A stretch of 64,000 bases of DNA from an uncultured bacterium (GTDB taxonomy: Bacteria; Hydrothermota; UBA3072; B12-G15), in contig CAZQRW010000001.1 of the NCBI GenBank assembly GCA_964596115.1, positions 9,114 through 73,113 on the forward strand, in the 5' to 3' direction. The notes beneath the pieces are model-generated. The model saw only the letters and a list, made by a program, of their open reading frames with translations. It ran no database searches and was not told the DNA's origin. Shown piece after piece: positions 30,074 through 40,556 of the stretch (its first letter is position 1; each line of letters opens with the position of its first letter). Position numbers and translations under genes: made by a program.

Positions 30074-30737
30074 ATTCCTTTAATTCTCCCTGTTCTAAAT
30101 TATACTTCCTTTTAGCTATTTTTGCAACCTCATAATTGTGAGTGACAAGTATAAATGTAATATTTTCTAGTGATTCTATAAGTTCTATGACTTCATCCGA
30201 ATGATCTGGATCAAGATTTCCCGTTGGCTCATCCAGAAATAAAATATCAGGGTTATTTATGAGGGCTCTTGCAACTGCTACTCGTTGTCTCTCTCCTCCT
30301 GAGAGTTTATTTGGTTTATGGTTGAGTCTGTGGCTTAATTCAAGATCTTTTAGAATTTTTTCTCCTCTGGAGAGAGCTTTTGAGTATTCAATGCCACTTA
30401 TCAATAAGGGAATAATAACGTTCTCAAGGGCAGTAAAATCCGATAAAAGATGATGGAATTGAAAAACAAAACCGAAATGTTTGTTTCTGAATTCGGCAAT
30501 TCTCTCATCAGAGCCCTTATAGATTGACTGGTTATTAAAATAAACACTGCCCTCCGAAGGTTTTTCAAGACCTCCTAAAATATGAAGTAAGGTGGATTTA
30601 CCTGCTCCACTGGGGCCAGTAATTGATATTGTATCACCATTATAGACCACAAGATTTATATTTTTCAGAACCTCAATATTATCTTCTCCAGATTTGTATG
30701 TTTTTTTAATATCCTTACAGAGGAGTAACTCATTCAT
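30060..30737 (-). CDS. lolD: Lipoprotein-release ABC transporter ATP-binding protein LolD-like.
   Basis: Walker A GPSGAGKST, signature LSGGERQRVAVARAL, Walker B ILFLDEPTGNLD. Adjacent to a LolC/E-type permease. Confidence 0.8.
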   Translation of the reverse strand: MNELLLCKDIKKTYKSGEDNIEVLKNINLVVYNGDTISITGPSGAGKSTLLHILGGLEKPSEGSVYFNNQSIYKGSDERIAEFRNKHFGFVFQFHHLLSDFTALENVIIPLLISGIEYSKALSRGEKILKDLELSHRLNHKPNKLSGGERQRVAVARALINNPDILFLDEPTGNLDPDHSDEVIELIESLENITFILVTHNYEVAKIAKRKYNLEQGELKEYEMR

Positions 30738-31944
30738 TTCTGATTGCCTCTACAGGATCAAGTTTGGATGCCCTTCTGGCTGGATAGATCGTTGCTATAA
30801 ATGAAAGTAAAAATGCAGATATACCAACAATGATAAAATCTGATATCTGCATATGCACGGGCAGTTTATCTATAAAGTAAACATCTGAAGGTAGAGAAAT
30901 GAATTTGTACTTACCCAATGCCCAACATAGGGCATACCCAATGGAAAGACCAAGGGAGGTTCCAAACCCTCCAACAAAGATGCCATCAAGGAGAAAAATC
31001 CCCATTATTTTTTTACCAGTGGCGCCCAGTGCTTTTAATATTCCAATCTCTCTGGTTTTTTCAGAAACAATCATTATAAGAATACTGGTTATGTTAAATG
31101 CAGCCACTAAGACAATTAGGGTGAGTATAATAAACATTGTTACTTTTTCCAGTTTTAACGCGGCAAAAAGATTCTTGTTCATATTTATCCAGTTTCTAAC
31201 CCTGTATGGATACCCAAGTGTAAGTATAAATTCTTTTGATAGTTGTTGAGCCTTGTAAATGTTCTTTATGTTGAATTCAATACCAGTAACACCCTTTATA
31301 TGTAAGAGATTTCTCGCTGTATTAAGAGAAACAATTGCTATCGTGGCATTTATTTCGTACATACCTGCATCAAATATCCCCCGAACAATACATTCTTTTC
31401 TTGAGGGAATAAGGCCAAAGGGTGTTTTTATGCCGCTATAGGGCGAAGAAATTTCAATTGTATCACCAATGTGTGCTCCAAGGCCATCTGCAAGGTAGTT
31501 ACCTAAAACAACACCATTTTCACCAAGTTCAAATTTTCCAGAAATTATCTTTTTGGGTATTATATTCACCTCTTTAAATGTCTTAGGATCCACCCCACGG
31601 AGTATAATCCCATCTGTAGCATTGTTATGTTTTATAAGAATTTTTGTATATATAAAAGGTGTATAACCGACTATGGCAGAGGTAACTTTCTTTAATGTAT
31701 CTACAACCCAGTCAGGATTATCGATAGTCTCTCCATAAAATTTTGTTACTATAATATGGCCACTTGCGCCAAGTATTTTGTTTCTGAGATCGTCTTCCAT
31801 ACCATTCATTACTGAAAGCACTACTACAAGAGTGGCTACGCCAATTGTTATACCAGAAATAGAAAAAACCGTAGTAAGGGAACGAAAAAATTCTCTTCTC
31901 TTCACCCTTATAAATCTTTTTGCTACAAATGGAATAAATCTCAT
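30730..31944 (-). CDS. LolC/LolE-family (FtsX/MacB-like) lipoprotein-release permease.
   Basis: N-terminal TM, large periplasmic domain, C-terminal FtsX-like 3-TM bundle ending PVEAIRNE. Confidence 0.8.
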   Translation of the reverse strand: MRFIPFVAKRFIRVKRREFFRSLTTVFSISGITIGVATLVVVLSVMNGMEDDLRNKILGASGHIIVTKFYGETIDNPDWVVDTLKKVTSAIVGYTPFIYTKILIKHNNATDGIILRGVDPKTFKEVNIIPKKIISGKFELGENGVVLGNYLADGLGAHIGDTIEISSPYSGIKTPFGLIPSRKECIVRGIFDAGMYEINATIAIVSLNTARNLLHIKGVTGIEFNIKNIYKAQQLSKEFILTLGYPYRVRNWINMNKNLFAALKLEKVTMFIILTLIVLVAAFNITSILIMIVSEKTREIGILKALGATGKKIMGIFLLDGIFVGGFGTSLGLSIGYALCWALGKYKFISLPSDVYFIDKLPVHMQISDFIIVGISAFLLSFIATIYPARRASKLDPVEAIRNE

Positions 31945-33392
31945 TCTTTTAATTGAGGGAATAAGATTACATCTCTTATGGATGGAGCATCAGTGAAAAG
32001 CATAATTATCCTGTCAATGCCAATTCCGAGACCACCGGTCGGAGGCATACCATATGAAAGGGCATTAAGAAAGTCTTTATCAAAACTCTCTGTTTCAAAA
32101 TCACCTTTTTTTCTCATTTTCATCTGTTCTTCGAATCTTTTTCTCTGTTCAATAGGATCATTTAACTCAGAATATGCATTTCCAATTTCAAAAGCAGAAA
32201 CGAAGGGTTCAAATCTTTCTACCAGGTTCTTATCACCCCTTTTTTCCTTTGCAAGTGGGGATATATCCCTTGGATAATCTATTATAAAAGTAGGCTGGAC
32301 AAGGTTCGGTTGGACAAATTTATCAAATATTGCTTCAAGGATCTTACCTCTACTTAGCTTTTCCTTTACATCAACACCTAATTTATTTGCTTTATTTTTT
32401 GTTTTTTCATAATCAAGGGAATAAAAATCCACATCAGTATATTTTTTAAGCGCTTCAAAGTAAGGAATCCTTTGCCACGGTGTTCGGAAAGATATATGGT
32501 TGCCCTGATAATCAATGTAATCTGAGTCACAGGTGACATTGGCAAGTTTCAGAAACAGATTTTCAACAAGTTCCATTATATCAAAGTAGTCGCAATAGGC
32601 ACAATACGCTTCAAGCATTGTAAATTCAGGATTGTGAAACCTGTCTACACCTTCATTTCTGAAATCCTTCCCAATCTCAAAAACCCTTTCGAATCCTCCG
32701 ATTATGAGTCTTTTGAGGTATAACTCATCAGCAATTCTAAGGTATAATTCTCTATTAAGAACATTGTGATATGTCTTAAATGGTTTTGCGAATGCCCCAC
32801 CATAAACAGGTTGAAGGATGGGCGTTTCTACCTCTAAGAATCCATTTCCCTTAAAGAATTCTCTTATAATATCAATGATTAGCGATCTTTTTATGAATAT
32901 TTCTTTTACCTTTGGGTTTGCAATAAGGTCAAGATATCTATATCTATATCTTAATTCGATATCCTTGAGTCCATGCCATTTTTCGGGTAAAGGATGGATT
33001 GATTTTGCAAGAATCTCTAAATGTTTTACCCATATTGTTACTTCTCCTGTATGTGTTTTAAAAACTTTACCTTTTACACCGATAAAATCGCCTATATCAA
33101 TGAGCTTAACTATATCAAATTTTTCGCCGAGTGTATCATATTTAAAGTACACCTGTATTTTTCCAGACATATCTTCAATGTGGGAGAAACCAGCCTTTCC
33201 ATGTATTCTTTTTGAGACTAATCTTCCACAGGAAGAAACCTCTTTTCCCTCATAACGTTCAAAATTATTCCTTATATCCTTGATTGAGTTAGTAGTTTCA
33301 AATTTATATGGATAAGGATCTATTCCCAGACTTTTTAATTTTTTTACTTTTTCCTTTCTTTGTTTGACTTGATCAAGTTCTTTTTCTTCCAT
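31941..33392 (-). CDS. lysS: Lysine--tRNA ligase, class II.
   Basis: OB-fold anticodon-binding N-terminus, class-II motifs (FRNEG, GGLGIGIDR), 483 aa. Confidence 0.9.
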   Translation of the reverse strand: MEEKELDQVKQRKEKVKKLKSLGIDPYPYKFETTNSIKDIRNNFERYEGKEVSSCGRLVSKRIHGKAGFSHIEDMSGKIQVYFKYDTLGEKFDIVKLIDIGDFIGVKGKVFKTHTGEVTIWVKHLEILAKSIHPLPEKWHGLKDIELRYRYRYLDLIANPKVKEIFIKRSLIIDIIREFFKGNGFLEVETPILQPVYGGAFAKPFKTYHNVLNRELYLRIADELYLKRLIIGGFERVFEIGKDFRNEGVDRFHNPEFTMLEAYCAYCDYFDIMELVENLFLKLANVTCDSDYIDYQGNHISFRTPWQRIPYFEALKKYTDVDFYSLDYEKTKNKANKLGVDVKEKLSRGKILEAIFDKFVQPNLVQPTFIIDYPRDISPLAKEKRGDKNLVERFEPFVSAFEIGNAYSELNDPIEQRKRFEEQMKMRKKGDFETESFDKDFLNALSYGMPPTGGLGIGIDRIIMLFTDAPSIRDVILFPQLKE

Positions 33393-33483
33393 AATGGAAG
33401 TATATGTAAAAACTAAAGAATGTCAATAAAGTGAGAAAATATCAGATCAGGCAAATGCAACATAGTGTATTAAATTGGAACAG

Positions 33484-36400
33484 TTATTCAGACTTTGAAT
33501 GGGACTCGATTGTAGCCTTTATTGCCCTGACAAGATCCTTATATCTATAAGGTTTCTTGATAATAGCACTAAATCCATATTTTTTATAATTAGACAAAAC
33601 AGCGTCATTTGAATATCCGCTTGATACAATAGCATTGACATTAGGGTCTATTTTCTTTAGTTCCTCAATTGTTTCTAATCCTCCTTTACCACCTGGGATT
33701 GTTAGGTCAAGGATAACAATGTCAAAAGGATTGTCTCTTTTGATGGCTTCTTTGTATAGCTCTATTGCTGTATCTCCATCCTTTGCTCCTGTAACCTTGA
33801 ATCCTGATTTTTTAAGCATTCGAGAGGCAGAATCAATTATTATCTGTTCATCATCCATTATGAGTACCTTTCCGTTACCTTCAAGAATAAATTCACTCTC
33901 TTTTTTCTCATTTCTCCTTTTTCTTTTTTGTGGAGAAGCAGGAAGATAAATATAAAAAGAAGTACCTAACCACTGCTTTGAAACAGCAGTAATATATCCA
34001 TTATGCCTCTTGATAATTGAGTAGACAGTAGAAAGGCCGAGCCCACTACCCTTCTGTTTCGTTGTAAAGAATGGATCAAATATTTGTGACAGGTACTTTT
34101 CAGGTATCCCAATTCCATTGTCTTCTATTCCGATTTTGATATAATTACCATTTTTTAACGGCAAATTTTCGTCTCCATTTAAATGTATGTTTTCGGCTTT
34201 TATTGTTATAATTCCACCTTCAGGCATAGCCTGATCGGCATTAAGAATCAGGTTATTAATTACCTGGCTCATCTGGTCTATATCTACCTCTACCTGCCAT
34301 AAATCATCCGGAATATGAAAATTGCATTTGACATTTGAACCACTCAAGATGAATTTTGCTGATTCTTCTATTAATTCCTTCATTGATGCAAGTTCCTTTA
34401 TAGGTGCTCCCCCTTTTGAGAAAGTCAAAAGTTGTTGTGTTAAACCTCTCGCCCTCTGGGATGCATTTTCGGCTTCAGTTAATAAATCATAGATCCCTTC
34501 ACCGGGATTCACCTCCATTTTTGCAAGAGAGATGTTACCAATGATGCCTGTTAGTATGTTGTTAAAATCGTGGGCGAGTCCTCCTGCAAAGATACCAAGT
34601 GATTCTAATTTTTCAATTTTTTGTTTCTCTCTTTCCATTAACCTATATTCTGTGATATCGCGTACTACTCCCATGGCTGCATACCTGCCATCAAAAATTA
34701 TTCTTCGAACAGAAAAATCACAATATCTTATCTTTCCTTCCTTCGTTATTACCCTTGCAGTATAAAATTCGGGTGTTTTGATTCCTTTCTGTCTTTTTTC
34801 TGCTATGCCAAATATTTTTTTCCTATCTTCAGGATGTATTAAATCCCATACATTTATCTGATAGAGTTCTTCTTTGGTAAAACCAGTAATTTTACTGAGA
34901 CTTTCATTAACAAAGAGGAAATTGTTCCCTCTATAGATATAAATTCCATCATAGATTTGTTCTACAAGATTTCTGTATTTTTCTTCAGATTCTTTTAATG
35001 CACGTTCCGCCTTTTTTCTTTCAGTTATATCTGTATAAACTGCTACGACACCCACAAACTTGCCTTCAACCATTATAGGAGATCCTGAAAGGATAACATT
35101 TACTGGTGAGCCATCCTTTCGGAAGCGGATACTCTCCAGAGGTTTTATTTCTTTTCCCTCGAGTGTTGCCTGAGTAAATGTATTTGCCTCTTTAAATACC
35201 TTTGAATTGGTTATTAAGGGGTCAAGCTCTTTTCCTATTACCTCCTCTTTTGTGTATCCGAACAATTTTTCTGCCCCTAGATTCCAATCCACAATATGCT
35301 GCTGGGGGTCAAGGGTAATAATAGCGTCAGGGGCAGAAGTCATAACGCTTTCCAGGTATCTTTGGCGCTTTTCTATTTCTTGTTTTACTTTCTCTTTTTC
35401 AGTAATGTCATGAATAACGGTTAAAACCCTTACAACCTTATTGTTAACAAATATTGGTATTTTTTCTGTTTTAGTAATCAATTCTTTTTTTCCTACTTTA
35501 GTTTTTTCTTCTGTGATGAGGATTTTCCCGGTTTCAAACACATCTTTATATTCATTGATAACCTTTTTGTGCAAAAATGGAAAAACCTCCAGGATATGTT
35601 TGCCAATGGCGTCTGCTTTTAGCCCGAGTTCCCTATTCCATTTTTTGAAGGCATCGTTAAAAAGTACAATTCTTAGTTTTCTATTCACTACATGTATTGG
35701 ATTATATATAGAAGCGAGTGTAGTGCGATATTGAAATTCAGATTGTTTAAGTGACTCTTCCATTCTTTCTCTTTCAGTAATATTTTCAGCGAATCCACAT
35801 AATCCTATAACATTTCCTTCTGCATCAAAAAGTGGGACTTTTGTTGTTTTGAATATTTGGGTTTTGCCATTTACGGTAATAGTATTTCTACTTCTATGCT
35901 TTTTTTTTCTTTTTATGACATAGTTATCAGATTTTTTCAATTTCTTGGTTTCATCTGGAGAAAAAAGGTCTTCATCTGTCTTTCCAATTATTTTTTCTGT
36001 TGACATTTTAAAGGCTTTAGAGAAAGCAGGGTTAATATTTATATAATGCCCTTCTTTGTCCTTTAAAAATATGATTTCATCAGATGCATTCAGTATTGCC
36101 TTAAGCTGCTCCTCTGATTTTTCCAATTTTTGTTTTATTTTTGATTGTCTATTTGTAACGTATGATAAAATAATTGTCCCGAGATAATTTCCATTATTAC
36201 CAAGTATTGGTTTTGCAGCTATATGTATCCGTTTTTTACCAAGATTCTCGTTTATCGTATCAATTTCAAAAATTTTTTTGTCACCAGTTTTCCAATTTGC
36301 TATTTGTTTTTTTAATGTCCTGGCGGCATCAGGACACACAAAATTAATGAAATTTTTCTCTTCTAATCGTCCATTTGGCACATCGAAAATTTTTTTTAGA

Positions 36401-36555
36401 GTAGAATTTACATAAACAAAATTACCTCTTGTATCAAGGAGTGCAATTCCTACCGCCATTTTCTCAAGTAACGGATCATCTATCCTCAGACTTATATTTT
36501 CCACTTCTTTTAAAGGACGCTTCATTGATTTAACCCACCTGTATCCAGAGGGCAC
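33484..36555 (-). CDS. Multi-PAS hybrid sensor histidine kinase with a C-terminal receiver domain. The track start is a GTG. An ATG about 30 nt downstream (MKRPLKEV) preceded by AGGTGG is an alternative.
   Basis: Several PAS/PAC modules, H-box [12 protein letters not shown], HATPase GSGLGLS, REC domain (VLIMDDEQ...[11 protein letters not shown]). Confidence 0.85.
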   Translation of the reverse strand: MPSGYRWVKSMKRPLKEVENISLRIDDPLLEKMAVGIALLDTRGNFVYVNSTLKKIFDVPNGRLEEKNFINFVCPDAARTLKKQIANWKTGDKKIFEIDTINENLGKKRIHIAAKPILGNNGNYLGTIILSYVTNRQSKIKQKLEKSEEQLKAILNASDEIIFLKDKEGHYININPAFSKAFKMSTEKIIGKTDEDLFSPDETKKLKKSDNYVIKRKKKHRSRNTITVNGKTQIFKTTKVPLFDAEGNVIGLCGFAENITERERMEESLKQSEFQYRTTLASIYNPIHVVNRKLRIVLFNDAFKKWNRELGLKADAIGKHILEVFPFLHKKVINEYKDVFETGKILITEEKTKVGKKELITKTEKIPIFVNNKVVRVLTVIHDITEKEKVKQEIEKRQRYLESVMTSAPDAIITLDPQQHIVDWNLGAEKLFGYTKEEVIGKELDPLITNSKVFKEANTFTQATLEGKEIKPLESIRFRKDGSPVNVILSGSPIMVEGKFVGVVAVYTDITERKKAERALKESEEKYRNLVEQIYDGIYIYRGNNFLFVNESLSKITGFTKEELYQINVWDLIHPEDRKKIFGIAEKRQKGIKTPEFYTARVITKEGKIRYCDFSVRRIIFDGRYAAMGVVRDITEYRLMEREKQKIEKLESLGIFAGGLAHDFNNILTGIIGNISLAKMEVNPGEGIYDLLTEAENASQRARGLTQQLLTFSKGGAPIKELASMKELIEESAKFILSGSNVKCNFHIPDDLWQVEVDIDQMSQVINNLILNADQAMPEGGIITIKAENIHLNGDENLPLKNGNYIKIGIEDNGIGIPEKYLSQIFDPFFTTKQKGSGLGLSTVYSIIKRHNGYITAVSKQWLGTSFYIYLPASPQKRKRRNEKKESEFILEGNGKVLIMDDEQIIIDSASRMLKKSGFKVTGAKDGDTAIELYKEAIKRDNPFDIVILDLTIPGGKGGLETIEELKKIDPNVNAIVSSGYSNDAVLSNYKKYGFSAIIKKPYRYKDLVRAIKATIESHSKSE

Positions 36556-36589
36556 ATTTCAAAAATATATACATTTATTTATATGAATT

Positions 36590-36634
36590 TATTATAGATA
36601 TAAAAAAATTTTTGTCAAGAAGACGAATTGTCTT
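36590..36634 (-). promoter_or_regulatory. Promoter of the PAS-kinase operon. In minus orientation: TTGACA (36613-36618), 16-nt spacer, TATAAT (36591-36596). Palindrome AAGAC-AATTC-GTCTT (36620-36634) sits 1 nt upstream of the -35.
   Basis: Read directly. Consensus hexamers with ideal spacing. Confidence 0.55.
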
Positions 36635-36837
36635 ACAAAGCTTCCAATTTAGCTTTCGAGCCATCGCTAACCAGCTGAGATACGCATTTTTCTAATACCA
36701 GGTCTTCAGTTTTTTCTCCTGCGCATTTCTCTTCTTTATTTCTTTTCCTCGTTCACCGTAAGGGAATATTATTCCTTTATTAGGTGCTAATGGTATTTTT
36801 TTACTTGAAATTTATCAGTTATTTGTATTATTGTGTT

Positions 36838-37284
36838 ATGGATTGGCTGAAAAAGCTTAAAAAAGGCAAAACTATTTTCTGTGGATTAGGGAACGATCTA
36901 AGAGAAGATGATGGTGTGGGTAACTATATTGCACGAGCCCTTTCAAAGCATTTTACTGTATTTGTAATGGAAGAAGACCCAGAGTTGTATATTGATAGTA
37001 TTGTAAAGATGCACCCTGATACAGTAATTTTGTTTGATGCTGCAGATTTTAAAGGTGAACCAGGTGATATCTCCATTATTCCTATTGAGAAGATTGATAG
37101 ATTCACTTTTTCCACCCATAGACTACCGCTTTCCATCTTTGTTTATATGCTAAAGAGAAAACTTGATGTTTCCATCCATTTAATTGGTATTGAACCATTC
37201 TCCCTTCGGTATAGAGAGGGGATATCAGACAAAATGAAGAAAGTAGCAGACAAAATTATCGCTTCTTTTTATTTATCTTCTTGA
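36838..37284 (+). CDS. Hydrogenase maturation protease-family (HycI/HyaD/FrhD, peptidase A31) protein. The likely start is MDWLKKL at 36838. The track ORF starts at 36784.
   Basis: Hallmark FCGLGNDLREDDGVGNYIA (GxGNxLxxDDGxG), about 150 aa. Confidence 0.55.
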   Translation: MDWLKKLKKGKTIFCGLGNDLREDDGVGNYIARALSKHFTVFVMEEDPELYIDSIVKMHPDTVILFDAADFKGEPGDISIIPIEKIDRFTFSTHRLPLSIFVYMLKRKLDVSIHLIGIEPFSLRYREGISDKMKKVADKIIASFYLSS

Positions 37285-38581
37285 ATCTTGTAGCAAATAT
37301 TTTCATTTCTCTCGGTAGATATGATACAGTAATATCCCATTCTTTCTTTTTCAATAACACTTTTTTTAATATTTCTGAAACAAATATTAAATGTTCGTCT
37401 GTATATGTTCTTCTTGGTATAGCAAGTCTGAGATATTCTTCTGTCCCTGCATTTGAGAGGACACCTCCCAGAATACTTCCTCTAATCCCTCCTTCAATAA
37501 ATAAATCACCGGCGAGAAGAAAAGCAGGAAAATCTGCGTCCTGATAGATTTCCTTTGCTCTTATATAAACTGCATGCCCCCCAATAGGTTCAAGAATAGG
37601 TATACCCAGATCCTTGAGAATTTCACCAAACATATGAACCTGTGTCACTCTATAGGTTATATAGGATTCGTCGATAGATTCCTCTATTCCTCTCGAGAGT
37701 ACCCTTATATCCCTATCAGAAAGACCACCGTGAGAGGGGAAACCCTCTCTTAGTGTTGTAATATCAATAAGCCTATTGTATATTTTTCTTGACCTGGTCA
37801 TAAGTAGACCGCCCATTGTTGAAAGGGCATCTTTTTTGCCACTCATATAAGCAAGATCGGAATAGGAAAAAAACTCTCTTACAACATCTCTTAATTTTCT
37901 TTTTTTCATTTCATATTTCCAATTGAAATAAATGTTTTCTGCATATCGAGATCCATCGATAAAAATAGGAATATTAAACCTCCTTAAAATACCTCTTACC
38001 TGTTTGAGATTTTTTATACTCAGGGGGAGCCCCCCTCTACTATTATTGGTTATAGTAAGTAAAACAAAGGGAATATTCTCATTTGATGCCTTAACTATAT
38101 TGTCTAATTTTTGAATATCAATATCCCCTCCAAAAGTCCCTCTCTTATCGGCAGGGATATCCAGACCTTCCCCTCCGTTCATTTCAATATTTGCCCTTGT
38201 TGTTTCAAATAATGTATTTGAAGGGATGATATTTCCTTTTTTTATAAGTACGGTGAATAGACAGGATTCAATTCCCCTGCCTTGATGAAATGGGAGAACA
38301 TATGGAAACCCAAATATTTCCCTTACCTTCTGTTTAAGTTCAAAGTAACCATTTTGGTATGAAAAGGACTCATCCCCAATAAGCCCTCTGGAAAGCTGCT
38401 CAACACTTAGTGCAGAGGTACCACTATCTGAAACAAGATCAATGTATACGTATCTTGCAGGTATAAGGTAAGGATTGTAACCTGCCTCACCAAGGATTTT
38501 TCTTCTTTCTTCAGGTGGGATCAATTTTATTGGTTCGATTAACCTGATTTTGAAAGGGGGCGGTAGGTTTTTCTCTTTCAT
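37256..38581 (-). CDS. Tryptophanase / tyrosine phenol-lyase family (beta-eliminating lyase, PLP-dependent).
   Basis: Alignable along its length to E. coli TnaA: FKIRLIEPIK, DLVSDSGTSALS, HQGRGIESCLF, TITNNSRGGLPLS, SGKKDALSTMGGLL, RLAIPRRTYTDEHL. Confidence 0.8.
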   Translation of the reverse strand: MKEKNLPPPFKIRLIEPIKLIPPEERRKILGEAGYNPYLIPARYVYIDLVSDSGTSALSVEQLSRGLIGDESFSYQNGYFELKQKVREIFGFPYVLPFHQGRGIESCLFTVLIKKGNIIPSNTLFETTRANIEMNGGEGLDIPADKRGTFGGDIDIQKLDNIVKASNENIPFVLLTITNNSRGGLPLSIKNLKQVRGILRRFNIPIFIDGSRYAENIYFNWKYEMKKRKLRDVVREFFSYSDLAYMSGKKDALSTMGGLLMTRSRKIYNRLIDITTLREGFPSHGGLSDRDIRVLSRGIEESIDESYITYRVTQVHMFGEILKDLGIPILEPIGGHAVYIRAKEIYQDADFPAFLLAGDLFIEGGIRGSILGGVLSNAGTEEYLRLAIPRRTYTDEHLIFVSEILKKVLLKKKEWDITVSYLPREMKIFATRFKKINKKKR

Positions 38582-39063
38582 ATAAGTACCCTCCTTAATT
38601 CAAAATAGAAGCCTGGTTTTTGGATTATCCTATTGTACTCAACACCTAATGAAAAGAGATAGTTATAGTAGTAATGACCTACAAAGAAAAGCATGCCGGA
38701 TGAGTTATATCTGACGGGGGTTTTCATAGTTATACTTTCATTTTTTTCAGTAATCACCTGAGTTAGTAGAAATAAAAAAAATCTTGTACCTATTGCAAAG
38801 TCCTTAAATCTATGACCGTAGCCAATACCAATCCTTATATATGACGAGTAAACATTTAGAGAAGAGTTTTGCAGGTTTGGTTTATAGTAAAGAACCTTCA
38901 TAGTATAAATTCTTCCTGCAGAGGCGAAAATGTCCCCGATAAATCCAGTCCTATCACTTAACTGGGCGCCCGACGTAATACCTATAAGCTTTTCAGGGGA
39001 TGGAAATATTCCATCCCCCGAAATAAAAAAAGTAGAGAAAGAAAAAAGAGTAAGTATCATCAT
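38578..39063 (-). CDS. Hypothetical secreted beta-rich protein, possibly a small outer-membrane beta-barrel.
   Basis: N-terminal signal-like segment, alternating hydrophobic/aromatic pattern, 4-nt overlaps with both neighbours. Confidence 0.35.
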   Translation of the reverse strand: MMILTLFSFSTFFISGDGIFPSPEKLIGITSGAQLSDRTGFIGDIFASAGRIYTMKVLYYKPNLQNSSLNVYSSYIRIGIGYGHRFKDFAIGTRFFLFLLTQVITEKNESITMKTPVRYNSSGMLFFVGHYYYNYLFSLGVEYNRIIQKPGFYFELRRVLI

Positions 39064-40556
39064 TTATTAGTATCTACATCTATTTGGGCCTTCTGAAGTT
39101 TTCCTGAATAATCAATGTATACAGTTTTAATCTCGCTAAAAATCTCATAGGCCCATCTTCCACCTTCTCTATGTCCGTTTCCTGTGTTTTTTACCCCTCC
39201 GAATGGAAGATGACATTCGGCTCCAATTGTTGGTGCATTAACGTAAGTAATACCTGCTTCAAGTTTTTCAACCGCCTTCATTGCATTTCTGAGATTGGTG
39301 GTATAAATAGATGATGATAAACCATAGACGACGTTATTTGCAATCCCCACTGCCTCATCAAAATCCTTTGCCTTTAGAATGGAGAGAACAGGACCGAAAA
39401 TTTCTTCCTGTGCAATACGCATTTGAGGATTTACATCAATAAAAATTGTCGGTTCAATAAACCAGCCCTTTGCACATTCACCTTCTACATATCGCTTACC
39501 GCCCAATACGAGTCTTGCTCCCTCATTTTTACCTATTTCTATATAATTCATTATTTTTGTCATTTGTGCCTCATTAATTACTGGGCCAATATCGGTAGAT
39601 TCATCAAGCCCATTACCAAGCTGAAGCTGTTTCGCTCTCTCCATCAGCATCTCAATAAATTTATTGTAAATTGGTTCGTGAAGAATCAATCTTGAAGTAG
39701 CTGTGCATCTCTGTCCAGTAGTCCCAAATGCTCCCCAGAGGGCACCTTCAAGTGCAAGTTCGAGGTCAGCATCGTCCATAACAATCTGTGGATTTTTTCC
39801 ACCAAGCTCGAGGGAAACCCTTTTTAAAGACTTTCCTGCAACCTCTGCAATTCTTGAGCCTACAGCAGATGAACCTGTAAATGAAATCACTCCAATATCA
39901 GGGTGTTTTATAATTGCTTCCCCAACTTTTCCTCCAGTTCCGTGTACAAGATTTACTACACCCTTTGGCATACCAGCATCTTCAAATATACGGATCAGCA
40001 TTGTTGCAGTTGCTGGTGTATCACTTGCAGGCTTGAAAACGACACTGTTCCCCACTAAAAGTGCTGGAAAGGATTTCCAGCAGGGGATTGCCATCGGAAA
40101 ATTCCATGGTGTAATGAGGCCAGCAACACCAATGGGCTTTACAGTAGTATATGCTATTTTGTCATTTAATTCTGATGGTGTAGTTATGCCGTATAATCTT
40201 CTCGCCTCACCATATGCATAAAAGGCAGTATCAATACCTTCCTGGGTGTCTCCCCTTGTTTCCTTGAGAATTTTGCCCATTTCTCTTGTCATAAGGCGCG
40301 AGATTTCTTCCTTTTTTTCAACCATTATATCCCCTGCCTTACCAAGAATCTTAGCCCTATCCGTAACTGTTAATTCTGCCCAAATTTTCTGGGCATTTTT
40401 TGCTGCTTCCACTGCCCTTGCAACATCCCTTTCATCCGAACTGGGAAATATTCCAACGATTTCATCCCAGTTAGCAGGATTTCTATTCTCAAAGGTCTCA
40501 CCCGAAACTGCATCTACCCATTCACCATTAATGTAGTTTTGAAACTTTTCAGACAT
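39060..40556 (-). CDS. NAD(P)-dependent aldehyde dehydrogenase.
   Basis: ALDH motifs ELGGKNPQIVMDDADL and GQRCTATSRL, 498 aa, SD AAGGAGG. Confidence 0.9.
   Translation of the reverse strand: MSEKFQNYINGEWVDAVSGETFENRNPANWDEIVGIFPSSDERDVARAVEAAKNAQKIWAELTVTDRAKILGKAGDIMVEKKEEISRLMTREMGKILKETRGDTQEGIDTAFYAYGEARRLYGITTPSELNDKIAYTTVKPIGVAGLITPWNFPMAIPCWKSFPALLVGNSVVFKPASDTPATATMLIRIFEDAGMPKGVVNLVHGTGGKVGEAIIKHPDIGVISFTGSSAVGSRIAEVAGKSLKRVSLELGGKNPQIVMDDADLELALEGALWGAFGTTGQRCTATSRLILHEPIYNKFIEMLMERAKQLQLGNGLDESTDIGPVINEAQMTKIMNYIEIGKNEGARLVLGGKRYVEGECAKGWFIEPTIFIDVNPQMRIAQEEIFGPVLSILKAKDFDEAVGIANNVVYGLSSSIYTTNLRNAMKAVEKLEAGITYVNAPTIGAECHLPFGGVKNTGNGHREGGRWAYEIFSEIKTVYIDYSGKLQKAQIDVDTNK

Noticed and set aside
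30074-30100. ctsR repressor gene upstream of mcsA, as in the Firmicutes clpC operon.
   Set aside because: No ORF is present. mcsA directly overlaps the lolD 3' end.
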